Shown in pieces: positions 1 to 10,865 of a stretch of 64,000 nucleotides of DNA; positions within the stretch are counted from its first letter, which is position 1; the number at the start of each line of letters is the position of its first letter. The notes beneath the pieces were generated by a model, which ran no database searches, had not been told where the DNA came from, and saw nothing but the letters and a program-made list of their open reading frames with translations. The stretch comes from Rhodospirillaceae bacterium (GTDB lineage: Bacteria > Pseudomonadota > Alphaproteobacteria > Rhodospirillales > Rhodospirillaceae), in assembly GCA_965228575.1 (NCBI GenBank), contig CBDDHW010000007.1, forward strand, positions 6,076-70,075, in the 5' to 3' direction. Made by a program: the position numbers and the translations under genes.

Positions 1-552
1 AGGCGCGATCACCGTGCGCGACCAATAGGATACTTTGTATATCGTGACCGGAAACCATTTGGGCAGAAGCATCATTTCCACCGGCATCACCGGTACGGCA
101 CGCCACGGAACTTCCCCAAAGAGCGCTAAAGCGTATCGCGTGAACACATTGCTTTTCTCCGCCCCGCCAAACTCGAGAATAGCGTTGCGCGCGCGGCGCA
201 TATGCGGTGCGTCAATGTCATCGCCAACAAGTTTGAGTGCGAGATAGGCTTTAACCGTCGCACTGATATCGAAATCACCTTTGTAAAATAACGGCCAGCC
301 GCCGTGATCGCCCTGTATGGAGCGAATGTAATCGGCAAGGTCGGCTTCCACATCATCTTCGATTTCATCGAGGTAATGATTCAGCATGATGTATTCGGCG
401 GGGATGGTGGCGTCGGCTTCCAAATCGAAAACCCAGTGCCCGTCCGATTTCTGACGGCCTTTCAGTGCGCTTGAGGCCTCCTCAATCACGTGATTAAGAG
501 CAGACAAATCGTTCGCGCTAGTCTCTTGCGCTGCTGAAACATCGATATTCAT
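1..552 (-). CDS. shc: Squalene-hopene cyclase, N-terminal 184 codons (gene runs off the left edge)
   Basis: Not in the ORF track because it has no stop in the window. Manual reverse translation from ATG (complement of 550-552) gives MNIDVSAAQE...KGRQKSDGHWVFDLEADATIPAEYIMLNHYL...GDHGGWPLFYKGDFDISATVKAYLALKLVG...NVFTRYALALFGEVPWRAVPVMPVEMMLLPKWFPV..YKVSYWSRTV, a typical SHC N-terminus. It starts 3 nt after the hpnE stop. Confidence 0.85.
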   Translation of the reverse strand, partial: MNIDVSAAQETSANDLSALNHVIEEASSALKGRQKSDGHWVFDLEADATIPAEYIMLNHYLDEIEDDVEADLADYIRSIQGDHGGWPLFYKGDFDISATVKAYLALKLVGDDIDAPHMRRARNAILEFGGAEKSNVFTRYALALFGEVPWRAVPVMPVEMMLLPKWFPVTIYKVSYWSRTVIAP

Positions 553-554
553 AG

Positions 555-1880
555 TCAAGCGGCTTTAATCTGTTTCTTTGTGGAAAATTCTGAAGGAGTG
601 AGCTTTTGGCGATTTTCCGCCGCAGCTGCGGCCCGAAACCCCGACCTTACAGCCCCCTCAATTGTTGCGGGCACACCTGTAGCGGTCCAATCGCCAGCAA
701 GCAAGAGGTTCGCGTACTTTGTTGCCGTTTCTGGGCGCATTTTAGCGGCCTCGGGGGTTTGGGCGAAGGTAGCGCGGCGTTCCTTGACGACCCGCGACGG
801 CGGCTCCTCGGTGGTAAGATCCAATGCCGCGGCGACATCACGCCAGCACCGGGCGGATATCTCCTCAGCCTGTTTATCAACTATCCCGGCCGCCGCGCTG
901 ATGGTTACCGATGCTAAATTGTCGCGAACAAAAACCCATTGCGCGAGACCATTGATGATCCCGATGATGTGAACCTGTTCAGTTCCCCTTGGCGAATCTG
1001 GCAACTTGTAGTGAACATTGACGATAGGTTCGCCCGCGGGCGGAACCTCTATGCCTGGGATTAAGGTTTCAGCGATCCAGGGCGGTGCGGCGAAAATAAC
1101 AACGTCGTTAGGAGATATTTGTACCTGGCCGTTGTCTGTCTCAAGTGCCGCGACGGTCTGGTCTTGGAATCCAAGCGATTTAATGCGCGTGCCCAATTTT
1201 ATTTCAGCGCCCCGGGATATTAACGCTTCAATGGCCGGGTCAACTAAAGTCTCAGCGAGACTATGTCGAGCCATAAGGGGTTTGCAGGCCTTGGCTCCTT
1301 TCAAAAACGTTTCAGTCAGAACCGGACGCATGAGGCTCGCCGCGGCAGATGTGGGGTCCGTATTCAGAGCGGCAACGGTTAGAGGCTCCCAAAAGTTTTT
1401 ATAGAGCGGGCCTTGTGTGGAGACGCATTCGGCAACTGTGCCGTCGGAATTTGAAGTTAAAATCTGGACTGCAGATAGATAGTCACGAAAAGTTGTGTTT
1501 GGCACGCGCCGATTGGACGCAAATAACCACCAAGGAATTACGCCTGCACTTGGTCTTAAGGTCCATCGCTGGCCCGACGCGACGTCAACAAACGGAAACT
1601 GAGTATGCGTTGGTCCAGCCAAACGATCTGCGGCGCCTATGTCCTTGAGATAATCCATTACGGCATGGTTGCCGCTCATCATCATGTGATTGCCGTTATC
1701 GATCACACAGTCCAGCTGTGGATCATGGTAGGACCGGCAGCGTCCACCTGCGCGCGGTGCGGCTTCGTACACCAAAATACGTCCGTCGAGGCGTGATAGA
1801 CGCACCGCCGCAGCGAGGCCGGCTATGCCCGCTCCTATGATATGTGTTTTAGGGCGTTCGGATTCACTGATCGTAGTCAT
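555..1880 (-). CDS. hpnE: Hydroxysqualene dehydroxylase (squalene-associated FAD-dependent desaturase)
   Basis: 441 aa. N-terminal FAD fold HIIGAGIAGLAAAVRL..YEAAPRAGGRCRS and amine-oxidase-like body. Sits between hpnD and shc, with a 4-nt overlap with hpnD. Confidence 0.85.
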   Translation of the reverse strand: MTTISESERPKTHIIGAGIAGLAAAVRLSRLDGRILVYEAAPRAGGRCRSYHDPQLDCVIDNGNHMMMSGNHAVMDYLKDIGAADRLAGPTHTQFPFVDVASGQRWTLRPSAGVIPWWLFASNRRVPNTTFRDYLSAVQILTSNSDGTVAECVSTQGPLYKNFWEPLTVAALNTDPTSAAASLMRPVLTETFLKGAKACKPLMARHSLAETLVDPAIEALISRGAEIKLGTRIKSLGFQDQTVAALETDNGQVQISPNDVVIFAAPPWIAETLIPGIEVPPAGEPIVNVHYKLPDSPRGTEQVHIIGIINGLAQWVFVRDNLASVTISAAAGIVDKQAEEISARCWRDVAAALDLTTEEPPSRVVKERRATFAQTPEAAKMRPETATKYANLLLAGDWTATGVPATIEGAVRSGFRAAAAAENRQKLTPSEFSTKKQIKAA

Positions 1881-2809
1881 AGAAACCCGTAACGAATGGC
1901 GATCCAGAATTTTTCAAGGCGCAATATAAGACGTTTTAGGCCTGTCGGTGCGGGTAGCGGACACCATTCGTTTTTGCGCAGGCGTTCGAAATGCTTGCGA
2001 TAGACCATCATCATGATTACAGCGGGACGCATCGCCGTCTTCGAACATTTTGCGAGCGCGATTTCAGCATGTTCGAACGCGCTTTCCGCATGCTTCGCTA
2101 GTTCGTTGATCACCTGTGGAAGGCGAGGGTCAGAAACGACTTCAGACGGGTTGGTTGTCTCTATGCCGGCGTGCTGAAGAAGCTCCAACGGTAGGTATAA
2201 GCGGCCAATCGCTGCATCTTCCCTGACATCGCGCATGATGTTTGTGAGTTGCAACGCGCGCCCGAGGTCATTGGCGACCTGCTCGCCTTCAGGTGTTGCT
2301 TCGCCGAACGCTCGTACACAAAGCCGGCCGACGGCGGACGCGACGCGATCACAATATAGGTCGAGAGTCTGAAGAGAGGGGGCGACGATGGGGCCCCTCG
2401 CATCCATTTCCATGCCATCGATGACCGCTAGAAAGTCTTTCTTTTGTAAATCAAATGTCGCAATCGATGGGATGAGCGCGCGGGTGATGGGGTCGCTGGT
2501 TTGACCGTCGAACGCGCGATCGATCTTTTCGCGCCACTGGTGGAGTTCGGTGATTTTTTGATCGTGCGGAAGGTCGCCGTCGGCGATGTCGTCGACTTCA
2601 CGACAAAATGCATAAATTGCGAAAAGGGCCTCGCGACGTTTTTCCGGGAGAAGCCGCATTGCCCAGTAGAAAGAGGTACCCGAAGATTGGACGCGAACTC
2701 TAACGTCGTCCAGATCGGATTGCGCTGGCTCTGGTGCGTTCACTTGAGTGGGCTGTGATCTGGTGTCCGCCAGTCCCATCGCCATTCGTGCCTCATTCTT
2801 TTTGAGCAA
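1877..2809 (-). CDS. hpnD: Presqualene diphosphate synthase (squalene/phytoene synthase family)
   Basis: 310 aa with SFYWAMRLLPEKRREALFAIYAFCREVDDIADG and a second Asp-rich region NIMRDVREDA. The real start may be the internal MAMGL (about 2785). Confidence 0.85.
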   Translation of the reverse strand: MLKKNEARMAMGLADTRSQPTQVNAPEPAQSDLDDVRVRVQSSGTSFYWAMRLLPEKRREALFAIYAFCREVDDIADGDLPHDQKITELHQWREKIDRAFDGQTSDPITRALIPSIATFDLQKKDFLAVIDGMEMDARGPIVAPSLQTLDLYCDRVASAVGRLCVRAFGEATPEGEQVANDLGRALQLTNIMRDVREDAAIGRLYLPLELLQHAGIETTNPSEVVSDPRLPQVINELAKHAESAFEHAEIALAKCSKTAMRPAVIMMMVYRKHFERLRKNEWCPLPAPTGLKRLILRLEKFWIAIRYGFL

Positions 2810-2851
2810 GTGTTGGGCGGCTGCCGGTCTGCGGCAAGGCCCATTTCTACG

Positions 2852-4762
2852 CTAGTTTGATTTCCCCAACGTGCTCAGACTCATTTGCACTATATGGCGG
2901 GCCTGGAGTGCGGCGTCATTGTATTGATCGGTCGGTTTGCCGTGGGGGACAAAGCGGTCCGGGAGGGTCATGGTCCGGACCTTCAAGCCGCTGTCGAGAT
3001 GTCCGCCTTGCGCAAGAAAGCTTAAAGTGTGGGCGCCAAACCCACCGGCCGCACCTTCCTCAATAGTGATGACTGCTTCATGATGCTTGGCAAGCTGCGC
3101 AATGAGATCTTCGTCTAATGGTTTGGCAAAGCGGGCGTCGACGACAGTTGTCGACACATTGCTGTCTTCCAAATCATCCGCGGCTTTCAAGCATTCCTGC
3201 AAGCGCCCGCCCAAAGACAAAAGCGCAAGATCCGTACCTTCTTTCAGAACGCGGCCTTTCCCAATGGGCAGCAGCATGCCCCGCGAGGGAAGATCAACAC
3301 CTACACCTTCGCCCCTTGGAAAACGAAAGGCCGACGGCCGGTCGTCAATGCTGAGGGCGGTCGCGACCATATGTTTGAGCTCCGCCTCATCGGCCGCCGC
3401 CATAACGACGAAATCGGGAAGGCATGTGAGGTAGGCGAGGTCATAACTCCCCGCATGAGTTGGCCCGTCCGCCCCGACCAATCCCGCGCGGTCGATGGCA
3501 AATCGGACCGGAAGGTGTTGCAAGGCGACATCATGAACGATCTGGTCATACGCGCGCTGCAAGAAACACGAGTAAATGGCGGCCACAGGTTTAAGGCCGT
3601 CGGCAGCCATTCCTGCTGCAAACGTCACTCCATGCTGTTCGGCGATGCCGACATCGTAGCAGCGGTCTGGGAACTTTTTGGCAAATTCATTGAGGCCAGT
3701 TCCGGACGGCATGGCCGCGGTTATTGCGACAATGTCGGGATCGTCTTCGGCTTCTTCGATCAGACTTTCAGCAAAAACTTTTGTATAGGTGGGCGCGTTT
3801 GATTTCGCCTTGTAAATTTCGCCCGTGACAGGATTGAATTTACCGACAGCATGATAATTTTCGCCGTGCGGATTTCCAAACGGATGCCCCTTTCCCTTTT
3901 CGGTAATCACGTGCAGCAGAACAGGTCCGCTGTCGCGCTTCCGTAGACTTGCGAGAATTTCTGTTAGGTCTTCGACATTGTGTCCGTCCACGGGGCCGAT
4001 ATATGTGCATCCCAGCTGGTCAAATAACGTCGAATCTGGCCGGGCGAGGGAGGGTTCCTCGGGAAATTTTTCGGCCAACGCGCTTTGTATCTCCGCGGCG
4101 GACTGAAGAGGGCGCGCTTTCACTAAGTCCTTGAGATAATTCGTTAATGCACCAACTGAGGGCGCAATCGACATGCCGTTATCGTTGAGAATAACGGTCA
4201 GGCGCGAGTCCATGGCTCCTGCATTGTTGAGCGCTTCATAGGCCATGCCCGCGCTGATCGCTCCATCGCCGATGACGGCAACGACATGACGGTCGATGTT
4301 TTTCTTGTCTCGGGCCACCGCCATGCCAAGGGCTGCTGAAATCGATGTTGAACTATGCGCCGCGCCAAAGGGGTCGAACGCGCTTTCACTTCGTAGCGTA
4401 AACCCGTAAAGCCCGTCTGTTTGTCGGATAGTGCGTATACGGTCACGCCGGCCGGTCAAAATTTTGTGAGGGTAGGCTTGGTGACTTACGTCCCAGATGA
4501 TTCGATCTTCCGGTGTGTTGAAAGCGTAGTGTAAGGCGATGGTCAGTTCGACAACGCCAAGGCCTGCACCGAAGTGCCCGCCGGTGGCTGATGCGGCGTC
4601 AATCGTTTCTGCGCGTAATTCATCGGACAATTGGCGGAGTTTTGAAATCGGCAGGCGCCGGAGATCGTCGACAGACTCGAGTGTGTCTAGCAACGGAGTT
4701 GCGACTTTGGTGGCGTTGTCAGGGTTTTCCGTTGTTTGCAGCTCGAGCTTATTCACAATCAC
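2852..4762 (-). CDS. dxs: 1-deoxy-D-xylulose-5-phosphate synthase
   Basis: 636 aa, full-length DXS pattern ([41 protein letters not shown], transketolase-like C-terminus). Embedded in the hopanoid operon. Confidence 0.95.
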   Translation of the reverse strand: MIVNKLELQTTENPDNATKVATPLLDTLESVDDLRRLPISKLRQLSDELRAETIDAASATGGHFGAGLGVVELTIALHYAFNTPEDRIIWDVSHQAYPHKILTGRRDRIRTIRQTDGLYGFTLRSESAFDPFGAAHSSTSISAALGMAVARDKKNIDRHVVAVIGDGAISAGMAYEALNNAGAMDSRLTVILNDNGMSIAPSVGALTNYLKDLVKARPLQSAAEIQSALAEKFPEEPSLARPDSTLFDQLGCTYIGPVDGHNVEDLTEILASLRKRDSGPVLLHVITEKGKGHPFGNPHGENYHAVGKFNPVTGEIYKAKSNAPTYTKVFAESLIEEAEDDPDIVAITAAMPSGTGLNEFAKKFPDRCYDVGIAEQHGVTFAAGMAADGLKPVAAIYSCFLQRAYDQIVHDVALQHLPVRFAIDRAGLVGADGPTHAGSYDLAYLTCLPDFVVMAAADEAELKHMVATALSIDDRPSAFRFPRGEGVGVDLPSRGMLLPIGKGRVLKEGTDLALLSLGGRLQECLKAADDLEDSNVSTTVVDARFAKPLDEDLIAQLAKHHEAVITIEEGAAGGFGAHTLSFLAQGGHLDSGLKVRTMTLPDRFVPHGKPTDQYNDAALQARHIVQMSLSTLGKSN

Positions 4763-4881
4763 ACTACCTCGCGAACCCGGTCCTACCAGTTTCGCCGCAC
4801 ATACATTCTAGGTTTAATTAGACTCGCGGCCGGCCGAAGCCTCCCACGGCGGCGAGCAATATCCCCTCAATGAATTGTTTC

Positions 4882-6117
4882 CTAAGGGGATTCTGACAGA
4901 TTCTGGGCCCCGGCTGAAGGCCCATAGTGCCGTCCTTTCCACTGACCGCCCCGGTGTCGCCCATGGGCCACAGCCGAATCGATGGTCATGGCCACATAAA
5001 TAGCAGCCAAAATTGGCAGTATCAGGGCCTCCCAGAGGTTTTGATCGAATACCCGCAGGGTTGGGGCATAGGAGAAAGCCATAGTGAACCAGCCTAAAAG
5101 TCCGGCGATGAGGGCAAATGCGCTCTCATGGACGGAAAAGGTCAGGCTCAGCACAGGCGGCGCTAGGAAAATCAAGGACATAGCGACAATAGTGAGGCCG
5201 AGACGTAAGGGTGAGTAGCTGAGTTGGGTGTAGGCGGTGCGGCGGACCATTTTCCACAGCGGGCCCAGCGATTCTGCGGCTCTCAGGCTTTTGCTGCCGT
5301 CCGACAGTCCGAGCCACAGACGTCCGCCATCGGCTTTTATACGCGCCGCGATTGCGCAGTCGTCGATCAACTCTCCCGCAACAGCCTCTAAACCCCCTGA
5401 TTTATTGAGGGATTCGCACCGTAGGAGCACGCATCCCCCAGCGGCCGCTGCGGTTTTGGCGCGCGGGTCGTTGACGGCGGGGAAGGGATACAGCATCTGA
5501 AAAAAGTAGATGAATGCTGGGATCAGGCGGCGTTCCCAGAAGGAAGTGCAGCGCAGGCGGACCATCAAGGAGACCAAATCCAGCCGATTCTGCACCGCCT
5601 TGGCGGCCAGTCTCGAGAGGGTTTCGGGCGGGTGGACGACGTCGGCGTCGGTAAACCATAGGAACTCCGGCTGGGTAGACATGCTTTCGGCTGCGGTGAC
5701 CCCAGCGTTTAACGCGGATAACTTCCCGGTCCAACCCTCTTTTAGGTCTGGTGCGGATATGATTTTGGCCTGGTGAACGCTGTTTTTTGCATGGTCAGAG
5801 TCGCGATTTTGCGTGGTCGTGTCCTGGTTTTGTGCGATTACCCCTGCGGCGATCTCATCTGTTCCGTCTGTCGAATCATCATCGACAACAATGATCGAAA
5901 ATTCTCCTGGATATTTTTGCTCTAAGAGTGCGGTGAGGCATTGACCAATCGTCGCCGCTTCATCGCGCGCGGGGACAACAGCAACAACACACGGCCAACG
6001 GTCTTTCAAATCGGGAATGGACAACGGGAGATGCTCAGCCCCAAGCCAAAACCGGCTGTGCAGAAAAAATAGATACACCCAAGCGGCGATAGAAATTCCG
6101 GCGATCACCTCGATCAT
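4882..6117 (-). CDS. Family-2 glycosyltransferase with membrane N- and C-termini, HpnB-like by context
   Basis: 411 aa with VVPARDE...IIVVDDDSTDGTDE and FTDADV motifs of GT2. ATGA overlap with the hpnC stop (6114-6117). The hopanoid-associated HpnB assignment rests on position only. Confidence 0.6.
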   Translation of the reverse strand: MIEVIAGISIAAWVYLFFLHSRFWLGAEHLPLSIPDLKDRWPCVVAVVPARDEAATIGQCLTALLEQKYPGEFSIIVVDDDSTDGTDEIAAGVIAQNQDTTTQNRDSDHAKNSVHQAKIISAPDLKEGWTGKLSALNAGVTAAESMSTQPEFLWFTDADVVHPPETLSRLAAKAVQNRLDLVSLMVRLRCTSFWERRLIPAFIYFFQMLYPFPAVNDPRAKTAAAAGGCVLLRCESLNKSGGLEAVAGELIDDCAIAARIKADGGRLWLGLSDGSKSLRAAESLGPLWKMVRRTAYTQLSYSPLRLGLTIVAMSLIFLAPPVLSLTFSVHESAFALIAGLLGWFTMAFSYAPTLRVFDQNLWEALILPILAAIYVAMTIDSAVAHGRHRGGQWKGRHYGPSAGAQNLSESP

Positions 6118-6995
6118 GTGGCTTTAAACCACAGATTAAAAAGACCGGAGATGGCAGCGGCGGCAAACCCGGGCGTTTTGAGAACCACCCGCTCGGCCAG
6201 CGGGTCGCGCCGGCGTAATTTTTTCGATAGCCGGTTTGCAATGGAGACAATCACCGCGCTCTCGGCGGCAAGACTCTTATGGGTCAAAGCCTTTGGGAGT
6301 TTGCGCGCTTCAATCAATAGAGTCTCAGTGGCGTCCAAACAACGATCAAGCACGGCGCGCAATTCCGGTGTGGCCGAAACTTGCGCTAAGTCGACTACGT
6401 TTGCACTTTCCTCATGCATCCAATCGTCGGGCAAATAGACACGGTTGAGATTAGCGTAGTCGGCGGCGCAGTCTTGTAAGTGGTTGATGACTTGCAACGC
6501 ATTGCACAGGGCATCGGACAGCGGATACAGCGATACGCTTTCGCCGTGCAAGTCGAGCAGAAACCGCCCGACAGGCGCGGCGGACCGGTTGCAGTAATCC
6601 ATCAACTCGGTCCAATCGGCGTATCTGAACTTCACCGCATCTTGTTTGAACGCAGAGACAAGATCGAGGCCGTGTTGAGGTGTCACCCCTGTTTCATCCA
6701 GTGTTGCGCGCAAGGCGTGCGCTTTCGCATAAGCCGGATCGTCATTGTCACCGACCAGGGCTGCCGCAAATCCATCCAGCCGTGCGAGCTTTATCCCCGA
6801 GCGTAAGTCTGGGTTGTCGGCAATGTCGTCGATGGCGCGTGCAAAATTGTAGTACGCGGCCACGTGAGGGCGCAGGGCTTTGGGCAAAAGCCATGAGCCA
6901 ACGGGGAAGTTTTCGTCCGCCGCACCCTTGCCCGACGGCGTCTCCGCCGGTTCTACGGCGGATGGGTTTTTCTCCTGCGCTAGCGACTTGTCCAC
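6114..6995 (-). CDS. hpnC: Hydroxysqualene synthase (squalene synthase HpnC)
   Basis: 293 aa with ENFPVGSWLLPKALRPHVAAYYNFARAIDDIADN and LQVINHLQDCAADY motifs of the HpnC branch of squalene/phytoene synthases. Confidence 0.85.
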   Translation of the reverse strand: MDKSLAQEKNPSAVEPAETPSGKGAADENFPVGSWLLPKALRPHVAAYYNFARAIDDIADNPDLRSGIKLARLDGFAAALVGDNDDPAYAKAHALRATLDETGVTPQHGLDLVSAFKQDAVKFRYADWTELMDYCNRSAAPVGRFLLDLHGESVSLYPLSDALCNALQVINHLQDCAADYANLNRVYLPDDWMHEESANVVDLAQVSATPELRAVLDRCLDATETLLIEARKLPKALTHKSLAAESAVIVSIANRLSKKLRRRDPLAERVVLKTPGFAAAAISGLFNLWFKAT

Positions 6996-7080
6996 GGAGC
7001 GTCCTCGATCAGCGTTATTAATCCTGGCGCGAGGATCAATACGCCCTCACTTCCGCCGGGGCAAGGACAGGTCAGGTGAT

Positions 7081-8652
7081 TTAGTTCTTCGCGGCGGGCT
7101 CCGGCGCAGCGCCTAGATCGGGCGGCGGAACGCGGGCGTTTGCCGCTTGTTCATAGGCGTACCCTAAGGCCAGCAGCGTCTGCTCTGACCACGGCAGGCC
7201 CATAAACGAAAGACCGACGGGAAGCCCATTTGCGAGGCCCATCGGTACGGTCAAGTGAGGATATCCCGAAACAGCCGGAAGCTGCGACGAGGAGGCGATG
7301 GCCGGATCACCGTTTTCAAGATCAATCGGCCAGGCGGCGTCATAGGTGGGAGCAATCAGTGCGATGACGTCATTCTCAGACATCATCCGGCTAATACCCT
7401 CCGGTCCGGCAGCACGTTGCGCTACGTCACGATCAACCACGTAGGCCGGATCTTCGAGGCCAGCGGTTATTTGCGACGCTTCGAAAATGCTTTGGTCGAA
7501 TTCGGCCAGTTCGCGAGGCTCCGCCGCATTGAAGGCGATCACATCGTCCAAGGTGCGCACAGAGACCGCCTCCGGTGCGTTCTGCAAATACTCTTCGAGA
7601 CCCACCTTAAACTCGGTCAACAATACATTGAGCTCTGCTTCACCAATATTTGGAATATCGGGGGTGATCTCGATGAGCTCCGCACCTTGGGCGCGCAATA
7701 CCGCTAAGGCGGAGTCAAACACAGTCATCGTTTCAGGTGCAAAATCATCAATCGATCCGATCACGCCAACACGCGCGCCTTTAAGAGCGTTCGCATCCAG
7801 CCCAGACGTGTAATCGGTTTTGTGCGCGTCCGCTTCTGCGGTCACCGGGTCAGCCGGATCGCTTCCCACCATGGCGTTAAGCAGGGCTGCCGCACCCGCG
7901 ACCGTTCGGGCCATTGGGCCTGCGGTGTCCTGACTCGCGCTAATTGGAACAATACCGGTGCGCGAGACCAAGCCAATCGTCGGCTTTAAACCCACCAGCC
8001 CATTGACGGACGAAGGACAGACCACCGAGCCGTCGGTTTCCGTCCCGACAGTTGCTGCAGAGAGGCTGGCCGCGGCCGCCGCACCCGATCCTGAGCTCGA
8101 ACCGCAGGCCGAGCGGGCGAGATCGTACGGGTTGCGAACAAGTCCGCCGACCGCGCTCCATCCGCTGCTTGACCCAAAGGACCTGAAATTCGCCCATTCA
8201 GAAAGGTTTGCTTTGCCCAGAATGATAACGCCGGCCTCGCGAAGATATTTAATAACCGGCGCATCGTCCGCTGGAATATTCTCGGCGAGGGCGAGGGATC
8301 CAGCCGTTGTTGCCATACCCGCTACATCGATATTGTCTTTGATTAAGACCGGGATGCCATCCGAGGGGCTGAGCAATTCGCCGTCCGCGCGGCGTTCATC
8401 CGATGCGCGCGCATCCTCGAGGGCGCTTGGATTTACAGCGATAACCGCTTCGATTTTTGGATTCACCACGCCGATGCGGTCAATATAGGCAGCCGTTATC
8501 TCTTCAGACGATATGAGCCCGCTTTCCAAATCAGCCGATAACTCTGGTACCGATTTTTCTACAATGCTGTAGGGAGGGGTCTCTTCGAACGAACAAGCCG
8601 CAAGAGTGACCACACACACAAGCAGGTACGGTAGGGACGTTAAAACTCGCAC
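7081..8652 (-). CDS. Amidase-signature family amidase, probable lipoprotein
   Basis: 523 aa. Lipobox-like VVTLAAC near the N-terminus, and AS signature GGLVRNPYDLARSACGSSSGSGAAAA. Confidence 0.85.
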   Translation of the reverse strand: MRVLTSLPYLLVCVVTLAACSFEETPPYSIVEKSVPELSADLESGLISSEEITAAYIDRIGVVNPKIEAVIAVNPSALEDARASDERRADGELLSPSDGIPVLIKDNIDVAGMATTAGSLALAENIPADDAPVIKYLREAGVIILGKANLSEWANFRSFGSSSGWSAVGGLVRNPYDLARSACGSSSGSGAAAAASLSAATVGTETDGSVVCPSSVNGLVGLKPTIGLVSRTGIVPISASQDTAGPMARTVAGAAALLNAMVGSDPADPVTAEADAHKTDYTSGLDANALKGARVGVIGSIDDFAPETMTVFDSALAVLRAQGAELIEITPDIPNIGEAELNVLLTEFKVGLEEYLQNAPEAVSVRTLDDVIAFNAAEPRELAEFDQSIFEASQITAGLEDPAYVVDRDVAQRAAGPEGISRMMSENDVIALIAPTYDAAWPIDLENGDPAIASSSQLPAVSGYPHLTVPMGLANGLPVGLSFMGLPWSEQTLLALGYAYEQAANARVPPPDLGAAPEPAAKN

Positions 8653-8785
8653 GATCTAATCTCCTCAATCTTTCTCTGGCCCCAGGGCTGACCCGGCGGC
8701 GCGCATTGGCTGAAGTATGGCGCATACAAGCTGGCAAGTGTGCATTTAAAGCGGCGATCGACCGCAAATAATTTAAGGTAGGTGC

Positions 8786-9220
8786 ATGTCTGCGTCTCTC
8801 GCTGCTGTGTTTGGATCGGCTTTTCTAGCCGCTACCATCTTGCCGTTTTACTCAGAGGTTGTGTTGGCCGCCGCGCTCGCCAACCCTGAACAAAGCCGGG
8901 TGGTGTTGTGGATCGCGGCGACGGCGGGAAATACGCTGGGTGCGGTTGTGAATTGGCTGCTAGGACGCTACGCCGCCCAGTGGCGGTCGCACCGCTGGTT
9001 CCCCGCCTCAGAAAAAGCCATTGAAAAAGCTGAAGCCTGGTTCAAGCGTCGGGGTGTTTGGTTGCTCTTACTTTCTTGGATGCCGATTGGCGGTGATGCG
9101 TTGACCGTCGCGGCGGGATTACTGCGCGTTCGATTCGCGATATTTCTGATTTTGGTGGCAATTGGTAAAGGCGCACGCTATGCCGCTGTGATCGCGGGAA
9201 TCGAGTTTGTACTTTTTTAA
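8786..9220 (+). CDS. yqaA: YqaA-family (DedA/SNARE-associated) inner-membrane protein
   Basis: 144 aa, collinear by eye with E. coli YqaA (LPFYSEVVL..., LLLSWMPIGGDALTVAAGLLR, GKGARY). Confidence 0.8.
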   Translation: MSASLAAVFGSAFLAATILPFYSEVVLAAALANPEQSRVVLWIAATAGNTLGAVVNWLLGRYAAQWRSHRWFPASEKAIEKAEAWFKRRGVWLLLLSWMPIGGDALTVAAGLLRVRFAIFLILVAIGKGARYAAVIAGIEFVLF

Positions 9221-9227
9221 GCGTCTT

Positions 9228-10649
9228 TTATTCGGCGGCCGCGGATACGTTCGAATCCCCGCGTTTAACCGCATTTTTTGCAATACGGAATAACGCCTCC
9301 CACGCCGGTCCCGGAAACTTGTGCAGGTCCACCATCACCTTTTCAAAGGCGCTCAAGAACCAATCAACATCGCTGTCCGTCAAAACCAAAGGCGGGATAA
9401 GTTTAATGATATTTGTTTGATGGCCGGAGACCTGAGTCAGAATGCGGTGATCGGCGAGCAGAGGGATTGTAATTGCCTGGCAAAATAATTCTTTGCTCAG
9501 CGCGTTCACGCTCGTCCAGGCGGTGCGCAGCGATAGGGATTTCGGTGCGCCAAATTCTATACCGACCATAAGGCCGCGCCACCTGACGTCATGAATAAAT
9601 TCAAATCGCTCTTTCATGGCCAGCAAACCTTGGCCAAGTTTGTCACCCATGACTTGTGCGTTTTGTGCGGCTTTGACTTCGTCCAGCGCGGTGAGCGCCG
9701 CTAGTCCTGCGACCATTGCCATGTCGCCCTGGCCAAAAGTTGATGAGTGAACGACGCAGTTTTCCAAGGATGAGAAAACTTTGTCATAAACAGCTTTTTT
9801 GTACAGTACCGCGCCGACGGGCACGTAGCCGCCAGATAACGCTTTGGAGAGAACAACGATATCGGCATCAACTTTGCCGCCGCGGTCCTCTCCGTGCTGC
9901 ATGGCTAAAAACTTGCCGGTGCGGCACATGCCGGATTGAATTTCATCAACCACAAGCAGGCTTCCGTATTTGTGGCAGAGACGCGCCGCTTCGCGCAGGT
10001 AGCCAGGCTCGGCGATCGCAACCCCCTTGCCTTGAACGGGCTCGACGACGAAAGCGGCAAACTCTTTTGTCGCCAGCGCGTCTTCCAAGGCTTCGAGATC
10101 GTTGTATTTAATTTTGCGGTTGCCTGGCAGTAACGATCCGAAGTCTTTGCGGAATACCTCAGCACCATTCAGGGCAAGCGCCCCGGTTGTTAAGCCGTGA
10201 AAGGCTGATGACGCGTGTAAAACGCCATCTCTCTTTGTGGTGCGCCGCGCAAACTTTATGGCGGTCTCGATGCCTTCCGCCCCGGAGTTGGTGAAATAAA
10301 CGTAGTCGAAATCGGGAACTCGCCGCTTAAGTTCTTGTGCGAGGGTGCCCGACAACAATGGTGTTCCGAGTTGCACGAGGCTTGCGGTGTCCGCGGCGAG
10401 AAAGTCTGCAAGGGCCTTTTTAACCGTCTCGTTATTCCGTCCCATGTTGAACATGCCGTAGCCACCCAGCATGTCGAGATACTCGGCGCCGTCCTCGCCG
10501 ATGAGATGCGCGCCTTCGGCGCGCACGAACGTACGGTCAAAGCCGATCAGATTTAGGGATTTGGCAAAACGCGGATTGACGTGCTCGGCCTGCAAACGAT
10601 GGTGCGGACCCGTGGCCTCCTGCAAAAGGCGTTGAACATCAAGCGCCAT
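9228..10649 (-). CDS. Class-III (PLP) aminotransferase, ornithine/putrescine/acetylornithine aminotransferase-like
   Basis: The ORF track gives 532 aa. The conserved part begins at MALDVQRLL (ATG = complement of 10647-10649, GGAGA upstream). Motifs: LDMLGGYGMFNMGRNN, FTNSGAEGIETAIKFAR, VVDEIQSGMCRTGKF, LSKALSGG. Confidence 0.85.
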   Translation of the reverse strand: MALDVQRLLQEATGPHHRLQAEHVNPRFAKSLNLIGFDRTFVRAEGAHLIGEDGAEYLDMLGGYGMFNMGRNNETVKKALADFLAADTASLVQLGTPLLSGTLAQELKRRVPDFDYVYFTNSGAEGIETAIKFARRTTKRDGVLHASSAFHGLTTGALALNGAEVFRKDFGSLLPGNRKIKYNDLEALEDALATKEFAAFVVEPVQGKGVAIAEPGYLREAARLCHKYGSLLVVDEIQSGMCRTGKFLAMQHGEDRGGKVDADIVVLSKALSGGYVPVGAVLYKKAVYDKVFSSLENCVVHSSTFGQGDMAMVAGLAALTALDEVKAAQNAQVMGDKLGQGLLAMKERFEFIHDVRWRGLMVGIEFGAPKSLSLRTAWTSVNALSKELFCQAITIPLLADHRILTQVSGHQTNIIKLIPPLVLTDSDVDWFLSAFEKVMVDLHKFPGPAWEALFRIAKNAVKRGDSNVSAAAE

Positions 10650-10865
10650 AGTGTTTCGGTCTCCATGTGCTCCACAGAAATATCGGGAGCTTGATCTTAG
10701 AAAGACTAGCACAAGAGCTATTGTATGTATGTTCAGGAAAAGCAAGCTCGATGAGGAAAAATACCGACGCTTCTGGTTAAATGGACTTAGGTTTGCCGCG
10801 CCGATGCGGCAGCGGATTCCGCTCACATAGTTTTCACCTCATATAGTTTTAAGGGGAGACCCACC

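Noticed and set aside
35-368. 70-aa and 80-aa ORFs at the left edge
   Set aside because: They lie inside or opposite the clearly coding shc N-terminus.
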